DNA from: an uncultured delta proteobacterium
Lineage (GTDB): Bacteria; Desulfobacterota; Binatia; JACPRU01
NCBI GenBank assembly: GCA_963745025.1
Contig: CAVUWD010000013.1
Span: 128,001 to 192,000 of the forward strand
DNA: 64,000 nt
Direction: 5' to 3'
A program made the position numbers and the translations under genes. Below are positions 50,810-59,522 of this stretch, piece after piece. Positions within the stretch are counted from its first letter, which is position 1. Each line of letters opens with the position of its first letter. The notes below the pieces were generated by a model. It saw only the letters and a list, made by a program, of their open reading frames with translations. It searched no databases and had not been told where the DNA came from.

Positions 50810-51559
50810 TCAAGGCCCGGTTGGCGCGAGGCGCTTCGCCGGGCGCACGACGACGAGAAAGCTGTTGCGCGCCGTCGCCCATTCACCGTCGATCGGAATG
50901 TGCAGCTCGCGGCGATCTCCCGGCGCGAAGCCTTCGTCGACTCGCCTGCGGTAAATGCGCAGGGCCTTTGCCTTCTCGGGTCCGAGTACCGTCACCGTGG
51001 CCGAAACCGCCGGGATGTGGAACATCGAGCGGTTCTCGACGACGGCGACCACGCTCGGAGGATGGGCCGCGAAGTCGGTGGAGATCTTCACGACCTCCAG
51101 CGCGTTGGGGTCGAAGCGAAAGGTGTCATAGACCCATGCTTGTGGCCCCGGCGGGAGCGAGATGCTGCGCAGAACGAGGCGGACCTCGTCGACGAGACCC
51201 TCGTCGACCTCGGAGTAGACGGGCGTAATCGCCACGATCTTGCCGTCGAGGTTGACGCCGAGGCGGATCTGCAGACGCCCTTCGAGCACGGAGTAATGGG
51301 TGAGAGAGACGTCGCTTTGTCGGTACGTCTCGTAGGCGGTCAGCACGTCTGGCTCGGCGGCGCGCAAGCCCTCTTCGATCTCGCGAACACGGCTCTCGGG
51401 GAGGGCGTCTCCGTAGATACGGATCTTCCCCGGGACGGCATCGGGAGGCGGCGGCACCGCGAGTGACATCGGTGTTGGCGGTGGGGCCTCGGCGAATCGG
51501 GCGCATGCGCCGAAGAAGACGAGTCCGACCCACCAAGCCCTCCGCAGGGATCGCATCAT
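50810..51559 (-). CDS. Hypothetical lipoprotein (TonB-C/AgmX-like domain plus Ig-like domain)
   Basis: Lipobox FGAC, Pro-rich linker, LEGRLQIRLGVNLDGKIV..., beta-rich C-terminus. Confidence 0.6.
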   Translation of the reverse strand: MMRSLRRAWWVGLVFFGACARFAEAPPPTPMSLAVPPPPDAVPGKIRIYGDALPESRVREIEEGLRAAEPDVLTAYETYRQSDVSLTHYSVLEGRLQIRLGVNLDGKIVAITPVYSEVDEGLVDEVRLVLRSISLPPGPQAWVYDTFRFDPNALEVVKISTDFAAHPPSVVAVVENRSMFHIPAVSATVTVLGPEKAKALRIYRRRVDEGFAPGDRRELHIPIDGEWATARNSFLVVVRPAKRLAPTGP

Positions 51560-51592
51560 CGAGGGACGGGATAGTTCAGCGGGGCGCCGGGG

Positions 51593-51750
51593 TCAAATCG
51601 GCTTCCGTTCGCGATCGAACCAGTCGATGGCGAGCTTCGCCGACTCGTCGAGCCAGGGGGGTAGATCTCGTCGTGCGTGATCGGCAAGCCGACGAGCTTC
51701 TCCGGCTCGCGGGAGCGCTCGTAGAGCCCCCGGTAGCCCTCGAACTTGCA
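51593..51750 (-). pseudogene. C-terminal fragment of an alpha/beta hydrolase
   Basis: FEGYRGLYERSREPEKLVGLPITHDEIY, frameshift, then PWLDESAKLAIDWFDR; no N-terminal part. Confidence 0.5.
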
Positions 51751-51932
51751 GAGTGACCCTGTTCCCGTCCTCCCTAGCGCGACGTCCCCGCAACCCAAAA
51801 CGCGCCATGGTGACGATGCCTCCTATCTACACATGTTCGTCGAAAAACGAGAATTCCTACCGTGGTAGCTCGGATGCCTCCGCGCGCAGCATGCTTGACG
51901 CTACTCCCCGCCGCGACTACGGTCCGCACGCT

Positions 51933-52052
51933 AGCTCGGTAGGCTGCGTCGGTCGGAGATGGTTCGCGACCAACGGGAGCGATCCGTGGCGCAGTCTCCC
52001 AGCTCGGTAGGATACTGGAGCCGAAGGTGGTTCGCGACCGACGGGAGCGATC
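51933..52052. repeat. Two tandem REP-like units (AGCTCGGTAGG...TTCGCGACCNACGGGAGCGATC), reverse orientation
   Basis: Units 68 bp apart; the core is the reverse complement of the 20905 palindrome. Confidence 0.85.
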
Positions 52053-52071
52053 TCTGACAAACCTCATCGCC

Positions 52072-52440
52072 ATGTCGCGCTACCGCTCGCTCGCGATCCT
52101 CGTGCTCGCGCTGATGCTCTCGACGGGCTCCGCCGGCCTCACTTCGCTGGCGCTTCGCTGCGCGCGCTGCGGCCCGCACTGCCCGATGTCGGCGAAGCAC
52201 CTCGGATGCCACGATCGCGACAAGCCTGCGCACACCTGCCACGACCGAGGTGGAGCGCGGCTGACGTCCTGTGTGCACTCGGGCGAGACCGCGCCCGGTC
52301 TCGCCTGGCTGGCGATTCCGACGCCCGGCGCTGAGGCGCGGCCCCTCGTCGCGCTTCGCGAGCACCTGTCTCCGACCGATTCTCGCGGCGGCCGCGACGT
52401 TCCCGAGCCGCCGACCGAGCCACCGCGCCTTCTCGCGTAG
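52072..52440 (+). CDS. Exported Cys/His-rich leader protein with Pro-rich C-terminus (CutF/CruR/CopL-like)
   Basis: Signal peptide; CARCGPHCPM, HLGCH, HTCH, CVH; ends PEPPTEPPRLLA; first gene of the copper operon. Confidence 0.75.
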   Translation: MSRYRSLAILVLALMLSTGSAGLTSLALRCARCGPHCPMSAKHLGCHDRDKPAHTCHDRGGARLTSCVHSGETAPGLAWLAIPTPGAEARPLVALREHLSPTDSRGGRDVPEPPTEPPRLLA

Positions 52441-52495
52441 CCGCCCAATCCACCACTACGAACCCGGGCCGCGGAAGGAGCGGCCCGCGAGGAGG
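52428..52495 (+). promoter_or_regulatory. Predicted SD-sequestering RNA structure (translational attenuator)
   Basis: CCTTCTCGCG (52428-52437) pairs 10/10 (one G-U) with CGCGAGGAGG (52486-52495, containing the SD); nested hairpin GGGCCGC-GGAAGGA-GCGGCCC (52466-52486). Confidence 0.65.
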
Positions 52496-52500
52496 ATCTC

Positions 52501-53385
52501 ATGCGGAAGGCCGTTCTCGGCCCCGCCGCGGCGCTCGTCTTGGGGATTTACGCTCCCCGAGCGGATGCCCACGGCGTGGTCGGACAGAGGACGTTCATCG
52601 AGCCGTTCATCACCGAAGACGTGAACCCGAAGAACGAGTTCGTGATCGCGCGGCCCGAGTGGCACGACTCACGCGAGGGTCACGACCTGAGCGAAGGATT
52701 CAGCCTGGAAAAGAAGCTTGCCGACCGTCTCAGCCTGACGCTCGACTCGGCGTGGATCCACATCGCGCCCGAGGCCTCCGACGAGCCGAGCGAGAGCGGC
52801 TTCGACAACCTCGGGATCACGCTGAAGTATGCATTCTTCGAGAATCCCGATCACGAATCGATCGTGTCATTCGCCGTCGAATCCACGGCCCCGACCGGCG
52901 GCGCGGATGTGGGGGCCGAGGAGTACTGGGCGTTCAAGCCGTTCTTCCTCTATGGTAGAGGATTCGGCGACCTACCCGACTCCCTCCGGTATCTACGGCC
53001 GTTCGCCGTGCAGGGAGACTTCGGGCCCGAGGTGTCGACCGGGCCGGGAACGGCGACGACGTTCGCTCACAACATCTGTCTGGAATACAGCATCCCGTAC
53101 CTCCAAGCTGTGGTCCGGGATCTCGGCATCGGCTGGCCGTTCAACGACATCATCGCCGTCACGGAGTTCAACTTCGAGCACGGAGTCCACGGAGAAGAGG
53201 CCGGCAGGGACGTCATCAGCATGACGCCGGGCATCGTGTACATGGATCGCTACGTGGAGATCGGCTTCGGGGGGCGGGTTCCGCTTAGCGACGGCGCTCG
53301 CGACGACTTCGATTGGGGCCTCATCGGCATCGTCGATCTCTTCATCGACGACCTCTTTCCCTGGTCGCGATGGCAACCGTTTTGA
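52501..53385 (+). CDS. Putative outer-membrane beta-barrel, copper-operon associated
   Basis: Signal peptide ending ADA|HGVVG; amphipathic beta-strand pattern (GFDNLGITLKYAF); C-terminal Phe. Confidence 0.65.
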   Translation: MRKAVLGPAAALVLGIYAPRADAHGVVGQRTFIEPFITEDVNPKNEFVIARPEWHDSREGHDLSEGFSLEKKLADRLSLTLDSAWIHIAPEASDEPSESGFDNLGITLKYAFFENPDHESIVSFAVESTAPTGGADVGAEEYWAFKPFFLYGRGFGDLPDSLRYLRPFAVQGDFGPEVSTGPGTATTFAHNICLEYSIPYLQAVVRDLGIGWPFNDIIAVTEFNFEHGVHGEEAGRDVISMTPGIVYMDRYVEIGFGGRVPLSDGARDDFDWGLIGIVDLFIDDLFPWSRWQPF

Positions 53386-53395
53386 AGGAGTCGCG

Positions 53396-53764
53396 ATGAG
53401 GGCACACCCGCTTCTGATCGGCAGTCTTTACGTTGCGGCACTGCTGTCGCACCCCCGTCCCGGCAACGCTCACGCATTTCTCGATCATGCGGAGCCGAAG
53501 GTGGGCTCGACCGTCCGCTCGCCGCCTGCTTCGGTGATGCTCACGTTCACCGAAGATGTCGAGCCGGCCTTCTCCAAGATCGAAGTCGTCGACGGCCAGG
53601 GAAAGGGACTCGCCATCGGCACTCTCGAGCATCCCGAGGCGCCGACGCTACGGGTATCACTGCCCGCCCTGTCGAGCGGGAAGTACCAGGTGCGGTGGAA
53701 AGTCGTCTCGGAGGACACCCACGAGACGCAAGGGACCTTCGAATTCTCGGTGGAGGCCCCATGA
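53396..53764 (+). CDS. copC: Periplasmic copper-binding protein CopC
   Basis: Signal peptide AHA|HAFLDHAEP-type N-terminal His; YQVRWKVVSEDTHETQG (DxH site); no Met-rich Cu(I) loop. Confidence 0.92.
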   Translation: MRAHPLLIGSLYVAALLSHPRPGNAHAFLDHAEPKVGSTVRSPPASVMLTFTEDVEPAFSKIEVVDGQGKGLAIGTLEHPEAPTLRVSLPALSSGKYQVRWKVVSEDTHETQGTFEFSVEAP

Positions 53765-54585
53765 GCGTCGTCGAGGTCGCGATCGGCTGGGCCGACATCG
53801 CTGCGGCCACGGTTCTGGTGGGCGGATCGGCCTACGCGGCTCTGGTGGAAACGCCGCAAGCCTCGGGACGACGATGCCTCCGCTCAGCGGCGTCGGTTCT
53901 CGCTGCTGCGCTGGTGCTCGAGATCACCGTGAATTCGTTGCGCATGCACCGCCTCTTGGGGATGGGCGGCGCGACGCTCCTCGCGGACGTGCTCGAGATG
54001 AAGTGGACGCGTTGGTGGGCGCTGCGCAGCGTGGCGCTCGCCGCGCTCGCCATCGGCCTCCGTGCCGCTCGTCCGCGCTGGAGCTTGCTCGCGGGGATCG
54101 GCACCGTGTCGCTGCTGGCGCGTAGCCTCCAGGGCCACGCGGGCGCACACGGGATCCTTCCCGCCCTGATCGATTGGGCGCATCTCTCTGCGGCGACCGT
54201 CTGGGTCGGTGGCCTCGTCCAGCTCGCCCTCCTCCCGACCATCCCCCCGGCGGTCGCGTTGCGGGCGAGTAGGATGTTCACGCTGGCGCTTTGCCCGCTG
54301 GTCGCCGGCGGAGTCTATGGATCTCTTCTCCACGTCGCGGCGATAGAGCAGCTGGTCGCCACGCCCTACGGTCGAGTGCTGCTGGCGAAGATCACGCTTG
54401 CCGCCGTGGCGATCACGCTCGGGGCGATGAATCACTACCGCCACGTTCCGTGGTTGGTGCAAGGGAAGGCGGATGCGAGCGGGCTGCTGCGCGCCGTGAG
54501 GGCGGAAGTCGTCGTGCTCGCCGTCGTCTTGTTGCTGAGCGCTCTGCTCGGCAGCCTGCCGATGCCGCACGCGATGGCTCCGTGA
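53761..54585 (+). CDS. copD: Inner-membrane copper transport protein CopD
   Basis: Multi-TM; SLQGHA, WAHLSAATVWVGGL, TPYGRVLLAK, AE; ATGA overlap with copC. Confidence 0.88.
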   Translation: MSVVEVAIGWADIAAATVLVGGSAYAALVETPQASGRRCLRSAASVLAAALVLEITVNSLRMHRLLGMGGATLLADVLEMKWTRWWALRSVALAALAIGLRAARPRWSLLAGIGTVSLLARSLQGHAGAHGILPALIDWAHLSAATVWVGGLVQLALLPTIPPAVALRASRMFTLALCPLVAGGVYGSLLHVAAIEQLVATPYGRVLLAKITLAAVAITLGAMNHYRHVPWLVQGKADASGLLRAVRAEVVVLAVVLLLSALLGSLPMPHAMAP

Positions 54586-54597
54586 GCCGCCGCGCTC

Positions 54598-56478
54598 TCA
54601 ATTGCACAGAATCAGGTGGCAATTCTTGGGCAGCCGCCGCGCGAGCCCCTTGACGACCTGGCCGCGCAGCAGCCGATAGAGCGCGTTTCGCCGGCTGACG
54701 CCGACCATCACGCCGTCGACGGCGAGCGCGTGGGCCGCGCGCGCGATGGCCTCGGCGGCATTGTACGAGATCATCCAGATCGGGATCAGCTCCACGCCGA
54801 GCTTGTGCGCCTCCTCGAACGCGTGGTGCAGGCTCACCACGCCGTCGGGATTCGGCTCGAGCGGCTCGTTGCTGAGGAACAAGCCCGGCACCTCCTCGAC
54901 GTACACGCAGTAGAGAGCGAGCTCATCGCGCCCCTTGACACGAGTCACGGCCTCGCGGATGAGCGTCGGCGCCTTGCCGCGCACCGCGACCAGCGTGTGG
55001 CTCGGGAAGAGCGGCTTCAGTTCCTTGGCCTGGGCGAGACTGACGATCTCGACCGCGGCTTCTTCGGCCTGACGCTCCGCCTCGGCGGCGGCTCGGGCCG
55101 CGAGCCGGCCGACGAAGCCGACGCGATAGACCGCTTCGGTGAGCCAGCCTTCGCGCATGCCGAGGGCGATCGCCATGCCGATCAACGTGACGGTTCCGCC
55201 GAACAGGGTCGCCAACGGCTTGGCGAAGAGGTTTACCGTCCACGCGAGCGAGACCATCGCCGTGGTGAGGAGACCGAGGTAGAAGTTTGGCCCCCGTCGC
55301 CGCAGGCGCCAACGCATCACGTCGAGGCCGAAGGATGACAGCACGAAGGCGCCGAGCAGGCCGAAGGCGTACATGTCGCCGAGCAAGACCATCTGGCCTT
55401 GCGTGGCGATCACCACCGCTACCGGAACGGCGGTGGTGATGGCGATGGCGATGTGCGGCGTGCCGAACGTGCGGTTGCGCGCCAGGATCGGCTTCGGCAG
55501 GAACCCTTGATGCGCGAGCGCCAGAAACACGTGGTAACCGCCTATGATCGCCGTGTTGGCGGCGAAGATGAGCAGCGTGGTGGCGGTCAGCACGACCGCC
55601 GCTTTGGTGGTCGTCCCCCCTACGACCTGACCGAGCTCCGAGATGAATCGCTCGGTCGCCACGTTGCCGGGCGTCAGCAACCCGATCGAGAAGAGCGTCA
55701 AGACCGGCGCCGTGAGGATCACGGTGACGATCACCGCCAGCATCGCCGTGCCGACGTTGCGACGGAGCGGCTGGCGCATCGTCGGTGACAGCTGGGCGAT
55801 GCTCTCGAGACCGGAAAACGCGAGCCAGGCGCCGGCGAAGCCGATCAGCGCGCTCCGCGGCGTCAGCCCCTCGGTGTGGTGGAGCGTGGCCATGATGCGA
55901 TGGAATTCGGCTGGTCCGAGCCGGAAAAGGGTGCAGAGGATCACCCAAGCGTCGGCGGAGAGCGCCGCGACCGCCATGCACAGGGCCACGCCGGCGCTCT
56001 CGCGGATTCCCACGACGTTGAGCATCGCCAGAAGGACGATCCCGAGGCACGAAAACGCGACGACGTGCTCTTCGAACATCGGAAAGAGGCTTCCTGCGTA
56101 GTAGAACGCCGAAGTCGACGAGATCGACGAGGTGAGGAAATAGTCGACCGTGATGAGCATCCCGCCGAGAGCGCCCCAGCGCGGGCTGAACGCCTTGCTG
56201 GCGACGGTGACGACGCCTCCGCCCTCCGGGTTTCGCCAGCTGATCTCGACGTACTTCAGCGCCAGCAGCACGAAGCCGACCGTCACCATGGTGACGAAGA
56301 GCGGCGCGTATTGGCCCACTTGCTCGTAGAGGATGCCCGGAACGTAATAAACCGACGTGCCGATGTCGCAGAACACGACGGCCCAGGCGAGGACCCAGGT
56401 CAGCTGCTGGGCGTGAACCGTCGGACGGGGCGTGGCCGTGATGGCGACGGACGGCGCCGGCTGAGTCACCTGATCCAT
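54598..56478 (-). CDS. APC-superfamily transporter (KimA/YdaO-like) with C-terminal USP-like domain
   Basis: CDIGTSVYY, PEGGGV, VDYFLT, AFSGLESI, GTPH, MYAFG; soluble C-terminal domain (VMVGVSRR). Confidence 0.8.
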   Translation of the reverse strand: MDQVTQPAPSVAITATPRPTVHAQQLTWVLAWAVVFCDIGTSVYYVPGILYEQVGQYAPLFVTMVTVGFVLLALKYVEISWRNPEGGGVVTVASKAFSPRWGALGGMLITVDYFLTSSISSTSAFYYAGSLFPMFEEHVVAFSCLGIVLLAMLNVVGIRESAGVALCMAVAALSADAWVILCTLFRLGPAEFHRIMATLHHTEGLTPRSALIGFAGAWLAFSGLESIAQLSPTMRQPLRRNVGTAMLAVIVTVILTAPVLTLFSIGLLTPGNVATERFISELGQVVGGTTTKAAVVLTATTLLIFAANTAIIGGYHVFLALAHQGFLPKPILARNRTFGTPHIAIAITTAVPVAVVIATQGQMVLLGDMYAFGLLGAFVLSSFGLDVMRWRLRRRGPNFYLGLLTTAMVSLAWTVNLFAKPLATLFGGTVTLIGMAIALGMREGWLTEAVYRVGFVGRLAARAAAEAERQAEEAAVEIVSLAQAKELKPLFPSHTLVAVRGKAPTLIREAVTRVKGRDELALYCVYVEEVPGLFLSNEPLEPNPDGVVSLHHAFEEAHKLGVELIPIWMISYNAAEAIARAAHALAVDGVMVGVSRRNALYRLLRGQVVKGLARRLPKNCHLILCN

Positions 56479-56560
56479 TGCGACGAGATTGCGAGCGCGC
56501 CGGGCTGGCTTGCCGGCTCGGTCTGGCGCTGCTTATATGGCGGGAGCCGTTTTTGCCAGT

Positions 56561-56845
56561 ATGACTACAAGTGAGGGAAGCGTCGGTGTCGAAGAGAATG
56601 GCCCGGAAGGCTTCGAGCGCTTCCGCCGCCGTCTCTCCTGGGTCTGCATCGCCGTGTTCACCCTGTCCTTCGCCGGGCTTCTCGGCTTGAGCGCGACCGT
56701 TTACTGGACGTCGGACAACGCCTGTATCACCCTTCTCGACCGCGCGTGGAGGATCTCGGGCTTCACCGGTCTCTGTCTTTGGGCGGTTCCTTACGTCGTT
56801 CGCGGCGGCCGCTGGGTCGGAGAGGTCTTCTCCGGCAAGAGCTAG
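56561..56845 (+). CDS. Small two-TM hypothetical membrane protein
   Basis: Two hydrophobic segments; fills the gap between the two transporters. Confidence 0.5.
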   Translation: MTTSEGSVGVEENGPEGFERFRRRLSWVCIAVFTLSFAGLLGLSATVYWTSDNACITLLDRAWRISGFTGLCLWAVPYVVRGGRWVGEVFSGKS

Positions 56846-56855
56846 GCTTCCGCGG

Positions 56856-58877
56856 TCAAATCGCCGCTTGGATCGGCATCACCACCGTGTGCAGACCGAC
56901 GAGCTGCAGGCGCCGCTCGATCTTTCCGGCGGTCTGGTTGTGGAGGTAGCGCTCGAAGAAGGTCTCGCGTCCGAGGATCAGCTTGCCGGCAAAGAACGTG
57001 ACGCGCGGGAAGCGCGTCGCGGCTTCGAGGCAGAGCTGCTCGAGCTCCGCCACCGCGTCCGTGCCGAGCCGGTAGCTCGACTCCGCGTAAAAACCCATGT
57101 TGCGGGCGAACTTCTCGTACTCCTGGAGGTCGTCCTGCACCGCCTTTTCGAGCCGGCGCACCTCGTGGCGGCCCTTGAACCGGCTGGAGTCGATGATGCC
57201 GACCTCGAGGAGGACGATGTTCTTGAAGTAGTTTGGAAAACAGCGGTGGATGGAGAGCAGCGAATGGAGGCCGAGACCGTTGAAGCCGCCCACCATGAGC
57301 ACGGCGGTCGACGCCTTGCGATCGCAATCGCGCGCTGGCGGGATCACCTCCGGCGGAAAGGCCACGTTGATCAGCGTGTCGTCGAGCTTGCGAAACGCAC
57401 GGTGCACGCTCCTGTAGTGGCTCTTCACGAGCAGGCAAAGGGTGATCGTCGCTCCCGTCATCACCGACGTCACCCAGCCGCCCGCGCCGAACTTGAGGAC
57501 GAGCGTCACCACCAAGATGAGCGCGGTGAAGGAGAGCCCAAATCCGTTCAGGGCGAGCTTTCGCAGCCACGACCGCTCTTCTCCGCGTACCTGCCACCAG
57601 TGGATCACCATGCCGAGCTGAGAGAGCGAGAACGTGAGGAAGACGTTGATCGAATAAAGGACGACGAGCACGTGGACGTCGCCCTCGGTGAAGAAGAGAA
57701 CCGCGAGCGCCGAAGCGCCCATCACCAGCACGCCGTCCTGGGTCACTAGCCGATCGGAGAGATGGGCGAACCGCGTCGGCACCCAGAAGTCGACGGCCAT
57801 GTTCGCCAGCACGCGCGGGCCGTCGAGGAATCCGGCTTGCGCGGCGACGAAGAGGAGCGCCGACTCCGAGAGCAGCGTGAACATCACGAGGAAGTGCCCG
57901 GGGTGAAGGCTTCCGACCGCCCAGTTCTCGGTCAACCCGTAGAAGAGCGTCGCGTTCAGCGTGCGGCCCGTCTCCCCCCTTACGCCGATCAGCAGGAAGG
58001 AAATCAACAACCCCGCTGCGGTGAACGCCAACGAAGTCGCCATGTAACGCATCGTGCGCTTGCCGGTCTCGACCTTCGGCGCTCGTAGGATCTGCAGGCC
58101 GTTGCTCACCGCCTCGATCCCGGTGAAGGTGCCGCCGCCGAGGCTGAAGGCGCGGAGCAGGATGACGATCGTCGCGAACAAGCCGAGCTGTGAGACGCTG
58201 CGGTGCGTCTCGGCCGCCGTCGCCGTCACCACCTGCGGCAGGTTTCCCACGTTCACCACGAGCGAGTAGGCGATCATCAGCGCGTGAGTGATGACGAAGG
58301 CGACGAAGATCGGCACGAGCGTCAATACCGATTCGCGCACTCCGCGGAGATTGAGCACGATCAGGAACACGATCGCCGCCGTCGAAGTCCACAGCTTCGT
58401 GTGGTGCCACCCGACCGGCAGGAAGCTGAAGAGCGCGTCCGAGCCGCTGGCGATCGAGATCGTGATCGTCAGCACGTAATCGACGAGCAGGGCGCAGCCG
58501 GAGACCAGGCCGACGTGAGGGCCGAGAAGGTGCGAGGCGACGAGGTAACCGCCGCCGCCCGACGGAAAGAGCTCGATGATTTGCGAGTAGCTTGCCGAGA
58601 TGACGAACACCGTGACGGCGGTGAGGATCGCCAGGAACAGTGCCAAGTACTGATGCTGCCCGAGCGCGAGAAAAGCCTCTTCGGGACCGTAGCAGGAGGA
58701 CGAGAGGCCGTCGGCTCCGAGGCCGACCCAGGCGAGGAACGCGATTAGAGAGACGTGGTGAAAGACTCGGGGGTCGCGGATGTCCTTCGGCGGCCCGAAG
58801 AGCACCTTGCGGAGCCGGCCGAGCGCACTCGCTCCTCCCGGCGTCGCGGCCGCCCTCTGCGGCCTGGGCGAATCCAT
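56856..58877 (-). CDS. APC-superfamily transporter, KimA-like K+/H+ symporter candidate
   Basis: GADGLSSSCYGPEE, FPSGGGGY, LVDYVLT, TGIEAVSNG, LYSINVF; cytoplasmic C-terminal domain ending LHNQT. Confidence 0.82.
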   Translation of the reverse strand: MDSPRPQRAAATPGGASALGRLRKVLFGPPKDIRDPRVFHHVSLIAFLAWVGLGADGLSSSCYGPEEAFLALGQHQYLALFLAILTAVTVFVISASYSQIIELFPSGGGGYLVASHLLGPHVGLVSGCALLVDYVLTITISIASGSDALFSFLPVGWHHTKLWTSTAAIVFLIVLNLRGVRESVLTLVPIFVAFVITHALMIAYSLVVNVGNLPQVVTATAAETHRSVSQLGLFATIVILLRAFSLGGGTFTGIEAVSNGLQILRAPKVETGKRTMRYMATSLAFTAAGLLISFLLIGVRGETGRTLNATLFYGLTENWAVGSLHPGHFLVMFTLLSESALLFVAAQAGFLDGPRVLANMAVDFWVPTRFAHLSDRLVTQDGVLVMGASALAVLFFTEGDVHVLVVLYSINVFLTFSLSQLGMVIHWWQVRGEERSWLRKLALNGFGLSFTALILVVTLVLKFGAGGWVTSVMTGATITLCLLVKSHYRSVHRAFRKLDDTLINVAFPPEVIPPARDCDRKASTAVLMVGGFNGLGLHSLLSIHRCFPNYFKNIVLLEVGIIDSSRFKGRHEVRRLEKAVQDDLQEYEKFARNMGFYAESSYRLGTDAVAELEQLCLEAATRFPRVTFFAGKLILGRETFFERYLHNQTAGKIERRLQLVGLHTVVMPIQAAI

Positions 58878-59105
58878 CGGCGCGGGAGGTTAGCCCCTGC
58901 CGAGGCACGGGGCAATCGGTCTCCGCAAGGGGTTGTTGATGGGGAAGTTGAGGCACTAGCGGAATGATCATCCGTACTCACCCCTCCTCGGCGCGGTGGA
59001 TCTCTCGCCCCGGATCGCGCCCGAACGCGAGCGCCGCGCAGTCAAGCGCCAGCGGAACACCGCCGGGATGGAGAACGTAGACCCGAGACCCGCGGACGGA
59101 GAAGC

Positions 59106-59522
59106 TCAGCGTTCGACGCAGTCGAAGCCGAGGGCGCGTGCGGCGAGGGCCTGGCGGGCGTCGTGCGTCGCAAAGATGACGGAGGCACCCGCGCGCTCTT
59201 GGAAGAGAAGGGCACTCGCCAGATGAACCGCATCGAGCGTCTTCACCTGGGTGGCCATCGGCTGCGAGGCGCGCCGAAGCACCGGGCGGTTGACTGCGAT
59301 TCGTCGGATCGCGACCTCCACCATGCGAAGCTCCTGCTGCGCCTGTGCGACACCGTCGTCGTCGAGCGCGGCAGCCAGGCGGAGTCGATCGATCGACCGC
59401 CTCGCTTCGACTCCCATCAACTCGCTCGAGCAGGCTTCCTGCCAGTTTCCCCAGATGGAAAGCCGGCCCGCCTGACGCAGGATCACGCGCAGGACGATGC
59501 TCGTATCGAGGTAGAGGGTCAC
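59106..59522 (-). CDS. vapC: PIN-domain toxin (VapC family)
   Basis: YLDTS, VE, TLDAVHLASA, THD acidic tetrad; overlaps the antitoxin stop. Confidence 0.88.
   Translation of the reverse strand: MTLYLDTSIVLRVILRQAGRLSIWGNWQEACSSELMGVEARRSIDRLRLAAALDDDGVAQAQQELRMVEVAIRRIAVNRPVLRRASQPMATQVKTLDAVHLASALLFQERAGASVIFATHDARQALAARALGFDCVER

Noticed and set aside
51782-51789. ACGTCCCC motif near the hydrolase remnant, matching the mini-element end
   Set aside because: An 8-mer of this composition is expected several times by chance in 64 kb, and it has no partner arm.
51933-52052. Repeat-spacer-repeat pattern resembling a mini CRISPR array
   Set aside because: Only two units, the same core is dispersed across the window, and there are no cas genes; better explained as REP-like repeats.
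56842-58971. 709-aa ORF overlapping the KimA-like transporter on the same strand
   Set aside because: Arg/Pro-rich alternate frame; the 673-aa frame carries all the transporter motifs.
58878-59100. Possible c-di-AMP (ydaO) riboswitch upstream of the KimA-like gene (contains GGGGTGA and GCTAACCTC)
   Set aside because: Only isolated short matches; I could not build the conserved helices. An Infernal scan with the ydaO-yuaA model would settle it.
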